A stretch of 64,000 nt of DNA from positions 1,088,001-1,152,000 of the forward strand of contig OY970320.1 in the NCBI GenBank assembly GCA_963716745.1. The letters are read 5' to 3'. Made by a program: the position numbers and the translations under genes. The notes below the pieces were generated by a model. It searched no databases. It worked only from the letters and a program-made list of their open reading frames with translations, and was not told where the DNA came from. This document shows, one piece after another, positions 9,044 to 21,544 of the stretch (positions are counted from its first letter, which is position 1; each line of letters starts with the position of its first letter). The DNA comes from an uncultured Gemmatimonadaceae bacterium. Lineage in GTDB: Bacteria; Gemmatimonadota; Gemmatimonadetes; Gemmatimonadales; Gemmatimonadaceae.

Positions 9044-9577
9044 TTATTTGTACGGCTTATATGAGAACTTCTGTCCGCCCACGCTGGCCTCGTACATCAG
9101 GCCGCCCTTCGCGACCGTGAACACCGCGACGCCGCTCGAATACTTCGCGTCGGCACTCGCACCCGCCTTGAGCGCCACAGCGCTCACCTGCGCCGCGAAC
9201 TCGAAGTCCCCCTTCTTGAAGGCCTCGAGCGACTTCTGCGTCTCGAAGAAGATGACCTCCATGTACGACTGTCCACCCAGCTGCAATCCGATCGTGATCT
9301 GGGTCATCGAGCACTCGCCGATCGCGTTGCCGCCCACGAGCAGTTCACCGTCGCCATGCGCACCACCGATGCCGATCGCGCCCTTGCCCACATTGGGCAG
9401 CACCGCGTAGCCCGCCGCCGAGCTGAAGAACTTGGCGATCCCCGGATCCGTCTTCTTGATGTCGGCGATCGCGGCCAGAACATCCGCGTGCTCATCGGCT
9501 CGCACGGTCTTGTGTCCGGCAGCCGCCATGAGTGGCAGCGACAGCACGGCGAGCGCGAGTGATTTCATTGTATGCAT
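9044..9577 (-). CDS. Ysc84/SYLF lipid-binding domain protein, secreted
   Basis: GYAVLPNVGKGAIGIGGAHG, GLQLGGQ and GGLMYEASVGGQKF motifs. Confidence 0.88.
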   Translation of the reverse strand: MHTMKSLALAVLSLPLMAAAGHKTVRADEHADVLAAIADIKKTDPGIAKFFSSAAGYAVLPNVGKGAIGIGGAHGDGELLVGGNAIGECSMTQITIGLQLGGQSYMEVIFFETQKSLEAFKKGDFEFAAQVSAVALKAGASADAKYSSGVAVFTVAKGGLMYEASVGGQKFSYKPYK

Positions 9578-9665
9578 TTCAAGCCTCCTTGGGTACTCGT
9601 TGAACTACGACCACATCCGAAGGTAGACGCGCAGCGACGATCTTGCAATTCCAGACGTGGGCAAT

Positions 9666-9856
9666 GCGCGTCTAGGCGCGAGTACCGCTGAAACAGCGCG
9701 TGTGGGCCGTAGTACCGCTTGAAAGGCGCGTATAGCAACGGAGCGTGTAGTACGGCATGGCGTGAGTTGGCGAGCGTACTACCAACTCACGCCCTGGAGT
9801 ACCATACGCTCAGTTGCCAGACGCGCCGTTTCAGTGGTACTAGGGCCTACACACGC
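9666..9856. repeat. ~160-bp palindrome, family P, copy 1 (core 9696-9856 plus an extra 30-nt unit at 9666-9695)
   Basis: gcgcgtgtgggccgtagtaccgcttgaaaggcgcgtatagcaacggagcg...cgctcagttgccagacgcgccgtttcagtggtactagggcctacac. Confidence 0.9.
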
Positions 9857-9860
9857 ACCT

Positions 9861-12561
9861 TCAGCGCAATCGTCCCAGTTTGTCGGGCGGCAATTCGGTC
9901 ACCACGATGGTCCGCGTGAGCTTCTTATCCCCCATCGTGAGGTGCACGGTGTACGTGCCCGGCGGCACGCGCACCAACTCCGCGCGGTCGGTGGGTTCGC
10001 CCAATCCGCGCGGACGCGGCCGCTGGCTCGACAGGTCCCACGTCACACGCTGCAGTCCCGGCACGCCCGATCCCGTGATCGTGCGCACGGTGTCGCCGTT
10101 CGCACTGGTGATGACCAACTTCACGCCCTCCGCCTGCGGCTCCTTGATATAGTAGGAGATCACGGCGCCGCGCGGCGGATTCTGCCCCATGAACTGCGCG
10201 CTGCCGCTCGACGGCAGCGTGTGATGCCACCGGAATTGGTACGCCGGCGCCACCTCGAACAGATGCACCGGCGCGCCGAGCAGCGAATCGCTGTACTCTT
10301 CCGCCGCGCCCACGTTCGCGATGTAGATCCCGCGGCCGTGCGTGCCCACCACCAGCTCGTTCTCGCGGTGCGCGATCGCGAGCGCTTCCACCATCACGTG
10401 CGGGAAGATCCTTGCCGAAGCGGCGCCACCGCTGGCCGCCATCGAGCGTGGCGTACACACCGTCCGATGTGCCGGCGAACAGCACGCGCGCGTTGCGCGG
10501 GCTCTCGATCACGATCATGCTCCCGCGATCGGCGGGCAATCCATTCACCAGCTCGGTCCACGTGGCGCCGAAATCAGTGGTGCGCCAGATGTGCGGCCGG
10601 TAGTCGTCGCGATGATGACAGTCGAGCGCCACCCACGCGGTGCCGTCGGCATGCGCCGAGGCCGCGATCGAGGAGACGAAGCAATCGGTCGGCGCGCCCT
10701 TCGGGAATTTTCCCGTGGTATTGATCCACGTGCGGCCGGTGTCTCGCGACACCCAGATATTACCGTCGTCGGTGCCGGTCCAGAGCACGGCCGCGCTGCG
10801 CGGGCTCTCGGCGATCGAGAAGATCGAATGATAACTCGTGCTCCCCACCTCCGGCGCCGGCTTATCGCGCGGCGTCTTGGTCATGTCGGGGCCGAGCGCT
10901 TCCCAATCTTTCCCGCCTTGCTTCAGCCGGAACAAGCGATTCGCGCCGAGGTACACCGTGCCCGAGTCGTGCGTGGAGATGAGGATCGGCGTGGTCCAAC
11001 CCCACGTGAACGCGTAGCCGCTCTCCGCGCCCGCATCGAGCGACGCAGGCACGATGTCATCGCGCTTGAACGTGCGCAGATCGAGTTTGGACACGTTGCC
11101 GTACTGCCAGCCCGAGTACACCGTGAACGGATCGCGCGGCGGCACCTGCACCCACATGCCGTCGCCGCCGTTCACCGGATACCAGTCGGCATCGTCGATC
11201 CCGCTCGAATCTCGCGACGCACTCGGCCCGCACCAGACGCCGTTGTCTTGCAGGCCGCCGCACACCTGATACGGCGCGAGCGAGCTATCCACGATCACGG
11301 TGTAGAACTGGCCGATGGGCAGCGGCATGTGCCACCACGCCTTGCCGGCGTCGTACGTAACGTAGGCGCCACCATCGTTGCCGAGGATGCGATGGCCCGC
11401 GTCGTGCGGATCCATCCAGAGCGCGTGGTTGTCCACGTGCACGTTGAACAACGATTCCGGCGCGAATGTGCGGCCGCCGTCCTTGCTCTCGAGCAGCGGA
11501 CTCGCGGCGACGAACACGTGCTGCGAATCGTTGGGGTCCACGAAGATCGCATCGTAGTAGTAGTGCGGCTCCGCCTGCAGATCGTTCACTTGCGTCCACG
11601 TGGCGCCGGCATCGGATGAGCGGAACACGCCGCCGAACGGACCCTGCCCCGGACCGGTGATGCCGCGATCCACTTCGATCATCGCGAACACGAGCTTGGG
11701 ATCCTGCGGCGAGATCGCGAGACCGATGCGGCCCATCTTATCGAAGGGCAATCCGTTCTTCTTCGCGGCGTCGGTGAGTCGCACCCACGTCTTGCCGCCA
11801 TCGGTGGTCTTGTAGATGCCGCTCCCCTTGCCAACTCCTTCCATATGCGCGCCGCCCCAGCGCAGGCGATGCCACGCCGCGGCGTAGAGCGTGTTGGGAT
11901 CCTTCGGATCCATCGCGAGATCCACGAAGCCGGTGGTGTCGTTCACGAAGAGCACGCGCGTCCACGTCTTGCCGCCGTCGGTGGTCTTGTAGACGCCGCG
12001 TTCATTGTTCGGACCCCAGAGGTGGCCGAGCGCGGCGACGTACACGATGTCGGGATTCGCGGGGTCGATGACGACACGGCCAATGGCCTTCGAATCGGCG
12101 AGGCCCATGTTCTTCCATTTCTTGCCGCCGTCCACCGACTTGTAGACGCCGTCGCCCCAGTACTGCGACCGAAGGCTGTTCTTCTCGCCGGTGCCTACCC
12201 AAATGATGTTGCTGTCGCTCGGCGCGACGGCGAGATCGCCGATCGTCTCGCTGCCGAGTCCGGAGGAGATCGAGCGCCACGTGACGCCGGCGTTCGTCGT
12301 TTTCCATACGCCGCCGCCGGCCGCGCCGATATAGAACGTCTTCGGCCGCGCCTCGGCGCTCGTGGGCACGGCGATCGCCGTGACGCGGCCGGAGTACGCG
12401 GCGGGTCCGATCGCGCGATAGCTGAAGTTCGAGAGGAACTTCGAGACAGAATCGGCAGTGGTGTCGGGAGCGGCCGCGGGAGCTTTCTTGGCGGCGGGCT
12501 TCTGCGCGGCGAGGGGGAGCGCGGCGAGCAGGACGAGCACGAGCGAGCGGGACGCGAACAT
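9861..12561 (-). CDS. Secreted BNR/VPS10 (sortilin-like) glycosyl hydrolase-like protein (frameshift ~10400)
   Basis: RAIGP...SGRV, multiple SxDGGxTW Asp-boxes, GTHGRGIY in the downstream frame. Confidence 0.85.
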
Positions 12562-12633
12562 CGGGGAGACTCTCAGGAAGGTGGCGAACAAATCCTACGA
12601 CGCGGCGCGGAGCTTCGCCAGAATCGCCAACCT

Positions 12634-12791
12634 GCGCGTGTAGGCCTTAGTACCGCTTGAGAAGCGCGTTTAGCAACTGAGCGTATGGTACGGCAGGGGC
12701 GTGAGTTGGGGTCCTTCCCACTCACGCTCCGCCGTACCATACGCTCAGTTGCCATACGCGCCGTTTCAGCGGTACCAGGGCCTACACCCGC
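12634..12791. repeat. Family P palindrome, copy 2
   Basis: gcgcgtgtaggccttagtaccgcttgagaagcgcg...cgcgccgtttcagcggtaccagggcctacac. Confidence 0.92.
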
Positions 12792-12842
12792 CGTTCATAG
12801 ATCTGCGCTGGCGAAGCTACAGTCACGTTCACAGTTTGAAGC

Positions 12843-15456
12843 ATGGCCCCGGCACACACTTCCCTCGCGGCTGCGCTCGCGGATCGCTACCGCATCGAGC
12901 GTGCGATCGGCGCCGGTGGGATGGCGACAGTCTATCTGGCGCGGGACCTCAAACACGACCGCGAGGTGGCACTCAAGGTGCTGCGCCCCGATCTCGCCGC
13001 GGTCCTCGGCGCCGACCGCTTCCTGAATGAGATCCGGATCACGGCACGGCTCAGCCACCCGCACATCCTGGCGCTCATCGACTCCGGCGCGGCGGACGGC
13101 TTTCTCTACTATGTACTCCCATACGTTCGTGGCGAGTCGCTGCGCGACCGGCTGCGCTCGGAGCGGCAGCTCAGTCTCGACGAGACGGTCCGCATCACCA
13201 CGCAGGTGGCCGCCGCGCTCGACTACGCGCACCGGCAGGGGGTGATCCACCGCGACATCAAGCCCGAGAACATCCTGCTGCAGGAAGGCGAAGCGATGCT
13301 CGCCGACTTCGGCATCGCGCTCGCGGTGAAGGAGGCCGGTGGCAACCGCCTCACGGAAACGGGACTCTCGCTCGGAACGCCGCAGTACATGAGCCCGGAA
13401 CAGGCGACCGGCGACCGCACGCTCGACGCGCGGAGCAATGTGTACTCGCTCGGTGCGGTCGTGTACGAGATGCTTGCCGGCGAGCCGCCGGTCTCGGGTG
13501 CCTCGGCGCAGGCGATCATCGCGAAGCTGCTCACCGAACGGCCCACCCGACTGCGGGTGACACGCGACACCGTGCCCGAGACGGTGGACGACGCGGTGCT
13601 CCGCGCGCTCGCGAAGGTGCCCTCGGACCGTTACGCGAGCGCCGGAGAATTCGCGGCGGCGATCGCCGCGGGCGTGGGCAAGCCTCGCGCGCGCGCGGGA
13701 ACTAGGCGGTGGCCGATAGTCGCGGCCGCGGCGCTGACCCTTCTCGCCGGTCTCGCGTGGTGGCTTGCGCGGGGGCCTGCGCGTGGTGAGCACACCGCCG
13801 CGTTCGCGTTGCGCGACCGCACGCAACTCACGTCGTCAGGACGCGCCGAGCAGGCGGCGATCTCAGTCCGACGGAAAAGAGATCGCGTACCTCACCTCGT
13901 CGTGCGGCGCAGCGGGATGCGCGAACGCAGTGGTGGTCCAGAATGTCGGTGAACCGGAGAGCCGCGAGCTGCTCACGGGACTCCAGGCTGTGAACAACAT
14001 CGAGTGGAGCCCGGACCGCCGGAATCTCCTCGTGACCGCGAGCGTCGGCGGGCGGCAGGGCGCATACCTCCTCTCCGTGTTCGGCGGCGCACCGAAGTTC
14101 CTCTCGCCTATCTGGGCGAGTTTCTTCGCCGGCGGAGATTCGATCATCATGGTGCCGCCGCAGGCGCTGAAGGGCGACTCCATGGTGCACCTGCTCATCG
14201 CCGGCCTCGATGGCGTGCCGCGCGACAGCATCGTGACCAACGGCCCGGTCGATTGGATCTTCATTTTCAACGTTCCCGGCACGACGCGCTTCGTGGCGCT
14301 CGCCACGCTCGGCCGGAACGCGGAGGTCCGCGTCATCGACCGGCAAGGCAATGGTGACGCAGCGCGGAGCCCTTCCGGGTGATCGACTTCCAACACGCCG
14401 CCGTGTGGAGGGCGTCGCGCGATGCGATCTGGATACAAATGCAGCAGGCCAACCACCCCGGACTCGTGCGCCTGCCGTTCGATGCGAAGAGCGGACGCAT
14501 CCTGCCGGCGATCGACACCGTCTATTTCGGAAGCAATGACCGGATTCGACGTCACGGCGGATGGCGGCAGCGTCGTCATGGCCGAGGACGCCGCCGAATA
14601 CGAGATCTGGGTCACGAGCGTGACCGACGCGCTGCACGGCCGCTTCGCGCCGAAGGATCGCGTGTGGCGATCCTCGGCCGTGCTCACCGCCCAGATCTCC
14701 TACGATGGGTCGCGGATCTTCTTCGTGAACACCGTGACCGGCGCATCGGGAAGTGAGCGGCTGCCCTACGTCCTTCGCGTCGCCGATCGCAGTGCCGCTC
14801 CGGTCGCGAGCCGCGGCGCATTCGTGAGGGCGTACTGGGCAGACTCCGTATCACTCGCCCTGGAGGAGCGCGACGGTCAGCACGTGCGTCTCGTGCTCGT
14901 GGACAGCCGAACCGGCCGGCGCAGCGAAGAGCGCCTGCTCGACGACTCGCTGATCGTCGACTACGCGCATCTCGGAGGAGGCGGCGGCTGGACCTGGACT
15001 CCGGCCGACGGCCAAAGCGTCCGCGTCTGGATGCCCGGCGACGCGGCGCCGCGCGTCTTTCCCAAGCCCGCGTGGTTCCTCGGCGTCGCCGGCCTGGGTT
15101 CGACGCTCGACGGGAAACGGATCGCCATTGGCGGCGTGCGTGCCGGCTTTGCCGATTCCCTGCGCTTCGACGTCATCGACGTGACGAGCGGCGCGGCGGT
15201 TCCGTGGGGAACCGTGAACATCTCATCGCTCAGCTCGACGTGTTTTCTCACGGATGGCTCGCTGCTCTTCATCGCGTTCGAGGCCGGCGGCCTGTACAAG
15301 CTGTACCGGGTGCGCAGTCCCGGCCGCGTCGAAGTGATCGGCACCGTGCCGCGCGCCGCGAAGGCGGTGGACGTTTCACGCGACTTGAAACGCGCGGCGG
15401 TCACGGTGCAGGAGGATCACGGTGATGTGTGGCGATGGAGCGTCGTGCGGCACTAG
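12843..15456 (+). CDS. Hanks-type Ser/Thr protein kinase with TM helix and TolB-like beta-propeller (frameshifts ~13866, ~14350, ~14538)
   Basis: GAGGMATVY, VALK, HRDIKPEN, DFG, GTPQYMSPEQ; downstream WSPD / SxDG propeller repeats. Confidence 0.85.
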
Positions 15457-15457
15457 G

Positions 15458-15618
15458 GCGCGTGTGGGCCTTGGTACCGCTGAAAGGGCGCGTATGGCAA
15501 CGGAGCGTATGGTACGACTCGGCGTGAGTTGGCACTACGTTCGCCCACTCACGCCCTGCCGTACCATACGCTCCGTTGCTATACGCGCTTCTCAAGCGGT
15601 ACTAGGGCCTACACGCGC
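15458..15618. repeat. Family P palindrome, copy 3 (opposite polarity to copies 1 and 2)
   Basis: gcgcgtgtgggccttggtaccgctgaaagggcgcg...cgcgcttctcaagcggtactagggcctacacgcgc. Confidence 0.92.
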
Positions 15619-15628
15619 GGTTCGGAGT

Positions 15629-18314
15629 TCAGCCATGCAACGCCGTTATCAGATCCACCCGAATGACTCGCCGCGCTGGTATGTAACAGGCCGCGAGCGC
15701 GACCACCGTGAGCAGCGCCGTCGTGAGCGTGAACGCGAGCGGGTCCATTGGACTTACGCCGTACAGCACGCCCGCGAGCAGGCGCGATGCCACGAGCGCG
15801 CCTGCGAGGCCGACCACGCCGCCCACGAGCGCGAGCTGCGCGCCCTGCCGGAGCACCATGCTCACCACGCGAGCGGGCGGCGCACCCAGCGCCAGCCGCA
15901 CGCCGATCTCCGTCGTGCGTTCGCCGACCATGTAAGAGACCACGCCGTAGATCCCGAGCGCCGACAGCACGAGCGCCGTCACGGCGAACGCCGCGATGAG
16001 CTCCATCGCGAACCGGCGCGCCGCCAGCGATGCCCACACGGTTTCGTCGAGTCGCTCCGCCGCGAACACGGGCAGCGCAGCGTTGATCGACTGCACCTGT
16101 TCGCGCATGGCGCGCTCCACCACGGCCAACTCGAATTGCCCGCGCAAGAAGATCGCGAGATGCTTGCCACGTTGCTGGTACAAGCTGGCGTACACCTGTG
16201 GAATGTCAGGGCGCGCCAGCGAGTCGGTGCGCGCGTCGCCGATGATGCCGACGACGGTGGTCCACGCCGGAGAAGACGGCGACAACTTCAGGCGTTGGCC
16301 CAGCGCATCCTGATCGGGCCAGTATGTTCGCGCCATGGCCTGGTTAATGATGGCCACCCACGGCGCCTGGTCGTCGTCGTGATCATTTAACAGGCGTCCG
16401 CGCACGAGCCGCATGCCGAGCAGGCCGAAATACTCGGGCGTCACTTCCGATGCGGTGAGGTACACGGGCTGGGCCATCGTCGCGGGCCGGTCCTCGAGCA
16501 CGACGCGGCGTACCGGCTGGTCCTGGTACGGATGATCGAGCGGCACGGCGCCGCCGCTGCCGACCGCGACGTCCTGAACGCCGCCGAGGCTCAGGGCGCG
16601 GCGGATCACCTCGCGCACGAACGGCGCCTGCGCCGCCGCCGTGGGATACAGATCCTCCTTCGGGTCGTTCGGGTACGGCAGCCGCGTGCGCACCACCATC
16701 ACACGCTGCGGATCGAAGCCCAGCGGCTCGCTCGTGAGCCGCCAGAAGCTGCGCACGAGGAGCGCCGCGCTGATCATCAAGCGTGAGCGACAGTGCGAAC
16801 TGCGCCACGACGAACGCCCGGCGGGCGCGCGCCTGCGTGCCTGAGCTCGTCGCGCCGCGGCCTTCCTGTTTCAGCGCGCCGGTGAGATTCATTCGTCTGA
16901 CCTGCAGCGCGGGCACGAGACCGAAGACGATCCCCGCCAGGAGCGACGCGCCGAGCGCGAAGCACAGCGCGACCCGATCGACTGAGATCTCGTTCAGCCT
17001 CGGCACTGCCTCGGGGATCAGGCCGGCGAGCGTGTGCTGCGCCGGAAACAGGAGCGCGAGCCCCAAGAGCGCACCAAGCATGGAGAGCACGACGCTCTCG
17101 GTGAGCAGTTGGCGGATGAGCCGCGATGGCCCGCCGCCGAGCGCCTGGCGCAGCGCCATCTCGCGCGCGCGCGCCGTGGCCCGCGTGAGCAGGAGATTGG
17201 CGACGTTCGCACACGCGATGAGCAAGACGAGCGCGACCGCGCCGAACAGGAACAATAACGGCTGGCGGACGTCGCCGTTCACCCACCGATCCAGCGGAAC
17301 GAGCCGCACGCGCCAGTCGCTCGCGGGGGGATAGTCGGCCGGATATTGGCGCCGTAGGTCTCGAACGAGTGCATCGACGCGCCGTTGCGCGTCCTCGACC
17401 GACGTGCCCGGCGCGAGGCGCGCGATGGCGCCGGGAAAGAGCGGAGTGCGCGTGGGGGGCGTCGTGAGCGGCGCGCCGGCGAATCCGAACGCGACCCACA
17501 CCTCCGTTCCGCGACCCTCTCGCGCGTGTTCCGGCGAATGGAATCCCGGCGGCATGACGCCGATGACACGATACGAGTCGGAGTCGAGTTGCACGACACG
17601 CCCGATGACGCTGGGATCGCCGCCGAACACGCGCTTCCAGAGACCGTCGCTGATCATCACTTGCTCATTGAATCCCGGCGTGCGATCCGCCGGATCGAAC
17701 GCCGACCCGAGCGCCGGCTTGACGCCGAGCAGGGAGAAATAATTCGGCGCGACGATGAGCATGCTGACTCTCTGCGCGCGATCCAATCCCGTGAGGTTGT
17801 TGTTGTCGTACCAGGTCGGCGACACGTATTGGAAAACGCCGGAGCGCTCGAGGTCCCACCACTCCGGCGTCGACATGCCGACGTCGCGCGCGCCGATGCC
17901 GGCGAGATCATCCTCGATGCGGACGAGCTGCCCGGACTGCGGGTAGGGCTGCGGCCGCAGCAGCGTGGCCTCGACGACGCTGAACATGGCCGTCGTGGTC
18001 CCAATGGCGAGCGCCATGGTGAGCACGGCGACGATCGTGAAGCCCGGCGAGCGGCGCAACATCCGCACGGCGAATCGCACGTCCTGCACGAGATGCTCGA
18101 TCCAGATACCCATACCGCCCCACTGGTCGCGGGCGATCTCTTGAACGAGTCCCGCGTTGCCGAACTCGCGCCGCGCGTTCGCCGCGGCGTCGGCCGGTGA
18201 TTCGCCGCGCGCGATGCGATCGGCCGCCGCCATCTCGAGATGCGCGCGCATCTCATCGCCGAGTTCATCGGTGCGGCGGTCACGCAGCCAGGGCACCCAG
18301 TCGGAAAGACTCAC
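15629..18314 (-). CDS. ADOP-type duplicated ABC permease (MacB/FtsX family; frameshift ~16780)
   Basis: [46 protein letters not shown] and PARR motifs; GTG start overlapping the PadR stop. Confidence 0.9.
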
Positions 18315-18670
18315 GGCTCCTCCGTGGCGGGCGGCAGCATGAGGCCGGCGATCACGTCGGCCATGGTGTTCCAGCGCGAGCGCTCGGCGTTGAGTCGCGC
18401 GCGCCCTTTGGTGGTGAGGCGATAGAGGCGAACGCGGCGTTTCGTGTCCGAGAGGCCCCACTCGGCCGCGATCGCGCGCTGCCGCACAAGGCGCTGCAGC
18501 GCCGGGTACAGCGAGCCGGTCTCGACCTGCAAGGCGTGGCCGGACTGCGCGCGGATCAGCTGGATGATGCCGTACCCGTGCGCCGGCCCCCAGCGCAGGG
18601 TCTGCAGGATGATGAGATCGAGGGTGCCTTGCAGCAGCTCGATGCGGGAGGTGGGCGTTCTGCGCGACAT
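18311..18670 (-). CDS. PadR family transcriptional regulator (ADOP-associated type)
   Basis: [31 protein letters not shown]. Confidence 0.92.
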   Translation of the reverse strand: MSRRTPTSRIELLQGTLDLIILQTLRWGPAHGYGIIQLIRAQSGHALQVETGSLYPALQRLVRQRAIAAEWGLSDTKRRVRLYRLTTKGRARLNAERSRWNTMADVIAGLMLPPATEEP

Positions 18671-18679
18671 GGGTTCACT

Positions 18680-18736
18680 AGGTAGACGGTCTACGTATTG
18701 CGTCTACATAGTGCGGATTGGATGCGCGACTGTCAA
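18680..18736 (-). promoter_or_regulatory. Putative sigma70 promoter and PadR operator
   Basis: Minus strand TTGACA(18736-18731)-N17-CACTAT, followed by GTAGAC half-sites including the palindrome GTAGACGGTCTAC. Confidence 0.55.
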
Positions 18737-18737
18737 G

Positions 18738-18888
18738 GCGCGTGTAGGCCCTAGTACCGCTGAAACGGCGCGTCTAGCAACTGAGCGTATGGTACGACAA
18801 AGCGTGAGTTGGAACGGCGCCACTCACGCCCTGTCGTACCATACGCTCAGTTGCTAGACGCGCTTCTCAAGAGGTACTAAGGCCTACA
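18738..18888. repeat. Family P palindrome, copy 4
   Basis: gcgcgtgtaggccctagtaccgctgaaacggcgcg...cgcgcttctcaagaggtactaaggcctaca. Confidence 0.92.
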
Positions 18889-18896
18889 GACTGCTC

Positions 18897-19647
18897 TTAA
18901 AGGAATTCGACTTGCCCTGTCTCAATGTGGTACATCGAGCCGACCATCATGATCTTCTTGTCTCTCTCGAGGCCCGCGAGCACCGGGCTGATCTTCCGGA
19001 TCTCGGCGAGCGTGAGCCTCACGTTCTCTGTGGCGACGGCATTCACGAAGTCGGGATTCTTCGCCCTGCGCTCGCCCTTGAAGTTCTTCACCGCGGCCAC
19101 GGCGGGGGTAAGTTTCTCCAGCATCTGCCGTGAGGTTGCCGAGCTTCGCGCCGTCGATCGCGCCCTTGATGGCGCCGCACGCCGTGTGGCCCATCACCAT
19201 CACCACCTTCGCGCCGGCCACCGCGCAGGCGAACTCCATGCTGCCCGCAAGATCGCGGTCCACGAAATTGCCGGCAATGCGCGCGTTGAACATGTCGCCA
19301 ATGCCCGCGTCGAGGATGATCTCGGCGGGCGCGCGTGAGTCGATGCAGCTCAGGATCACGGCGGCGGGATGCTGGCCGCCCGCGGTGATGTTCACATCGT
19401 GCAGATAGTCGCGATCCTGCCGCTCATCGCTCACGAAGCGTTTGTTCCCCGCCTTCGCGAGATCCACGATCTCCTGCGGCGTGAGCGCCGTCTGCCATTC
19501 CTTGGTGAGCGTCACCACCTTGCGCGGCTCGGCGGCGGGCGGCGCGGGGCACGGCTCCGACGGGCGGCATCCGAACAGGAGCGCGCCGGCGCCGGTGATC
19601 GCGCCGGCTCTCACGAATTGGCGGCGGTCCAACACATGCTGAGTCAT
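18897..19647 (-). CDS. Beta-class carbonic anhydrase with Tat/lipoprotein signal (frameshift ~19128)
   Basis: LSCIDSR, GHTACGA; DRRQFVR twin-Arg motif followed by LFGC. Confidence 0.88.
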
Positions 19648-19796
19648 GGGAGGAGCCCTCCATGGAGTGTGCAAGCTCGCGAGATCCTCCGTGGGATTCT
19701 TGCGGAGGTGATGTTCCGCTTTCAGCATACGCGACTCGCGAATAGCGCGCCAGCCGCACTCGCGCATCTTGGATCGTTGCAACATGTTCGATACGT

Positions 19797-20629
19797 ATGG
19801 AGACTCAACCGATGATCCGGTGGTCCGCCGCCGTGCTCGCCTGGCTCGGGTTCGCACTTCCGCGTGCGGCCATAGCGCCACCTGTAGTCGAGATCGTCGC
19901 GCGTGAATACGCCTTCGATGCGCCGGATTCGATCGCCTCGGGGCCCACAACGATCCATCTCGTCTCGCGCGGCCGCGAACAGCATTTCGTGTGGATCGCG
20001 AGGATCGCGAGCCCTCACACGTTGGCCGAATTCAAACAGACCCTCGGCAAGCCCGGCACACCGCCATGGATCACGCAGGTGGGTGGCGTGGGCACGATCG
20101 AACCGGGCGGCTCTGCGAGTACGACCATCGATCTCGCGCCGGGCTCGTACGTTCTCGAGTGCGACATGGAGGACTCGAAGGGAACGCCGCACATGATGGA
20201 GGGGATGATCCGTGAGCTCGTCGTCACCGCGGCGCGGAATGACGCGAAGATGCCGGCGGCCGACATTCGGATGGATCTCTCGGACTACGCGTTCACGCTG
20301 CCGACTCCGATCCATGCGGGCGCGCACGTGATCGAGGTACGCAACACGGGCTCGCAACCTCACATGGCGATGCTCTGGCGCTTGCACGCCGGCAAGACGC
20401 TCGCCAATGTGGTGAAATGGATGGACGCTGTCGCCGACCCGGGGCCGGCGCCTGTCACACTGCTCGGGGGAACGCCGGACATGGACCCTGGCGCTCTCCG
20501 TTGCAGCTCCCGGTGGAGCTCGCGGCGGGCAACTACGTGCTCATCTGCCTCGTGGACGATGTGCACGACCACAAGCCACACTATTCACACGGCATGGTGC
20601 GCGAGATCACGGTGGTTCACTCCTCGTAG
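19797..20629 (+). CDS. Secreted double cupredoxin-like protein (frameshift ~20495)
   Basis: Two repeats ending LAPGSYVLECxxxxxxxxPHMMEGM and LAAGNYVLICxxxxxxxxxPHYSHGM. Confidence 0.7.
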
Positions 20630-21262
20630 CGCTCGAACCGGTACGCGAGCGCGGGGCTCTCCTTTCGTTCGTACGCGAGCTGCGCGATGAGCAGCGTGAA
20701 TGGCTCGAGGTAGCGGGCGATCCGCAGCGGGCCCGGCATCCACCGGGTCGAAGCCGGCATCGCGGATCAACTGCACCGCCGCTTTCTTCGCGATCTTGTC
20801 ATCGCCGCAATACACGAGACTTGGCCGGATTTTTCTGCGCCGCGCCGCGTACACCGCGAAGAACACCTCACTCGGAAGCGTGCCGAATGCGGAAACGATC
20901 CGCGCCTTCGGCACCATCTTCGCGAGGGCCTCGGCGCCGGATGATGTGTTCGCGATGACGAGTCCGGTCTCGTCATCGTGCATCGGCAGCGAGCACGTAA
21001 CGATGATCTTGCCGGCGACATCGCCGGCCTGCTGCAGTACGTCCTCGAAGCGCGACCAGTGCACCGCGAGCAGCAGCACATCCGAACCCTGCGCCGCTTC
21101 GCCTGGCGTGCCGGCACGCGCATTCGGTCCCGCCTCGCGCGCGAGCTTCGCCAGCTTCTTCGCGGTGCGCGCGTAGCTGAAGATCACCTCGTGTCCGGCG
21201 CGCGCGAATATCGTGCCGAGTTTGCCGCCCATGAGCCCCGAGCCGAGGATGCCGACGCGCAC
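20617..21262 (-). CDS. NADP oxidoreductase, F420-dependent-like / dinucleotide-binding family (frameshift ~20722)
   Basis: MRVGILGSGLMG Rossmann motif, IVSAFGT, GFDPVDAG; C-terminus ...RYLEPF...RFERYEE* in the shifted frame. Confidence 0.82.
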
Positions 21263-21265
21263 GGC

Positions 21266-21466
21266 TCAGCGCTCCAATCGGGGAACGACGACGTTCTTGG
21301 CGAGCGTCTTGATCCGGTCGCCATTCGCCTGAACGACCGTGATCGAGACGTGGCCGGTCTTGCCGCTCTTGATGTCGCGCACGGTGCCCGACTTCCCCTT
21401 GTGCGTTCCGCCAATGACTTCGCAGTGCGCGCCATCGCGCAGCCCGTGAGGCAGTCGGTCTTTCAT
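21266..21466 (-). CDS. Small KOW-motif protein
   Basis: MKDRLPHGLRDGAHCEVIGGTHKGKSGTVRDIK (KOW-like VxxGxHKGKxGxV). Confidence 0.7.
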   Translation of the reverse strand: MKDRLPHGLRDGAHCEVIGGTHKGKSGTVRDIKSGKTGHVSITVVQANGDRIKTLAKNVVVPRLER

Positions 21467-21544
21467 CGTGCCGAGCCAGCTCGCTTGATGTCCATCGCGA
21501 ATTCCTCCACGATTCCGTTGGTGATCGAAGACTACGAGACTCCG

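Noticed and set aside
12573..12755. Recurrent peptide 'ATERMVR...CRTIRSVA' in several short ORFs, suggesting a small protein family
   Set aside because: It is the translation of family P palindrome arms on either strand, with no RBS or consistent start and stop.
13432..13450. Kinase subdomain IX reads RSNVYSLG instead of RSDVYSLG (possible pseudokinase)
   Set aside because: It is a single-base difference in error-prone sequence and the VALK, HRD and DFG motifs are intact.
15629..18670. PadR plus duplicated permease as a new system
   Set aside because: This is the known PadR-ADOP pairing.
9666..18888. CRISPR array or classical integron interpretation of family P
   Set aside because: Copies are ~155 bp and ~3 kb apart, there are no cas genes or intI, the attC core ends are absent, and intervening genes are in mixed orientation.
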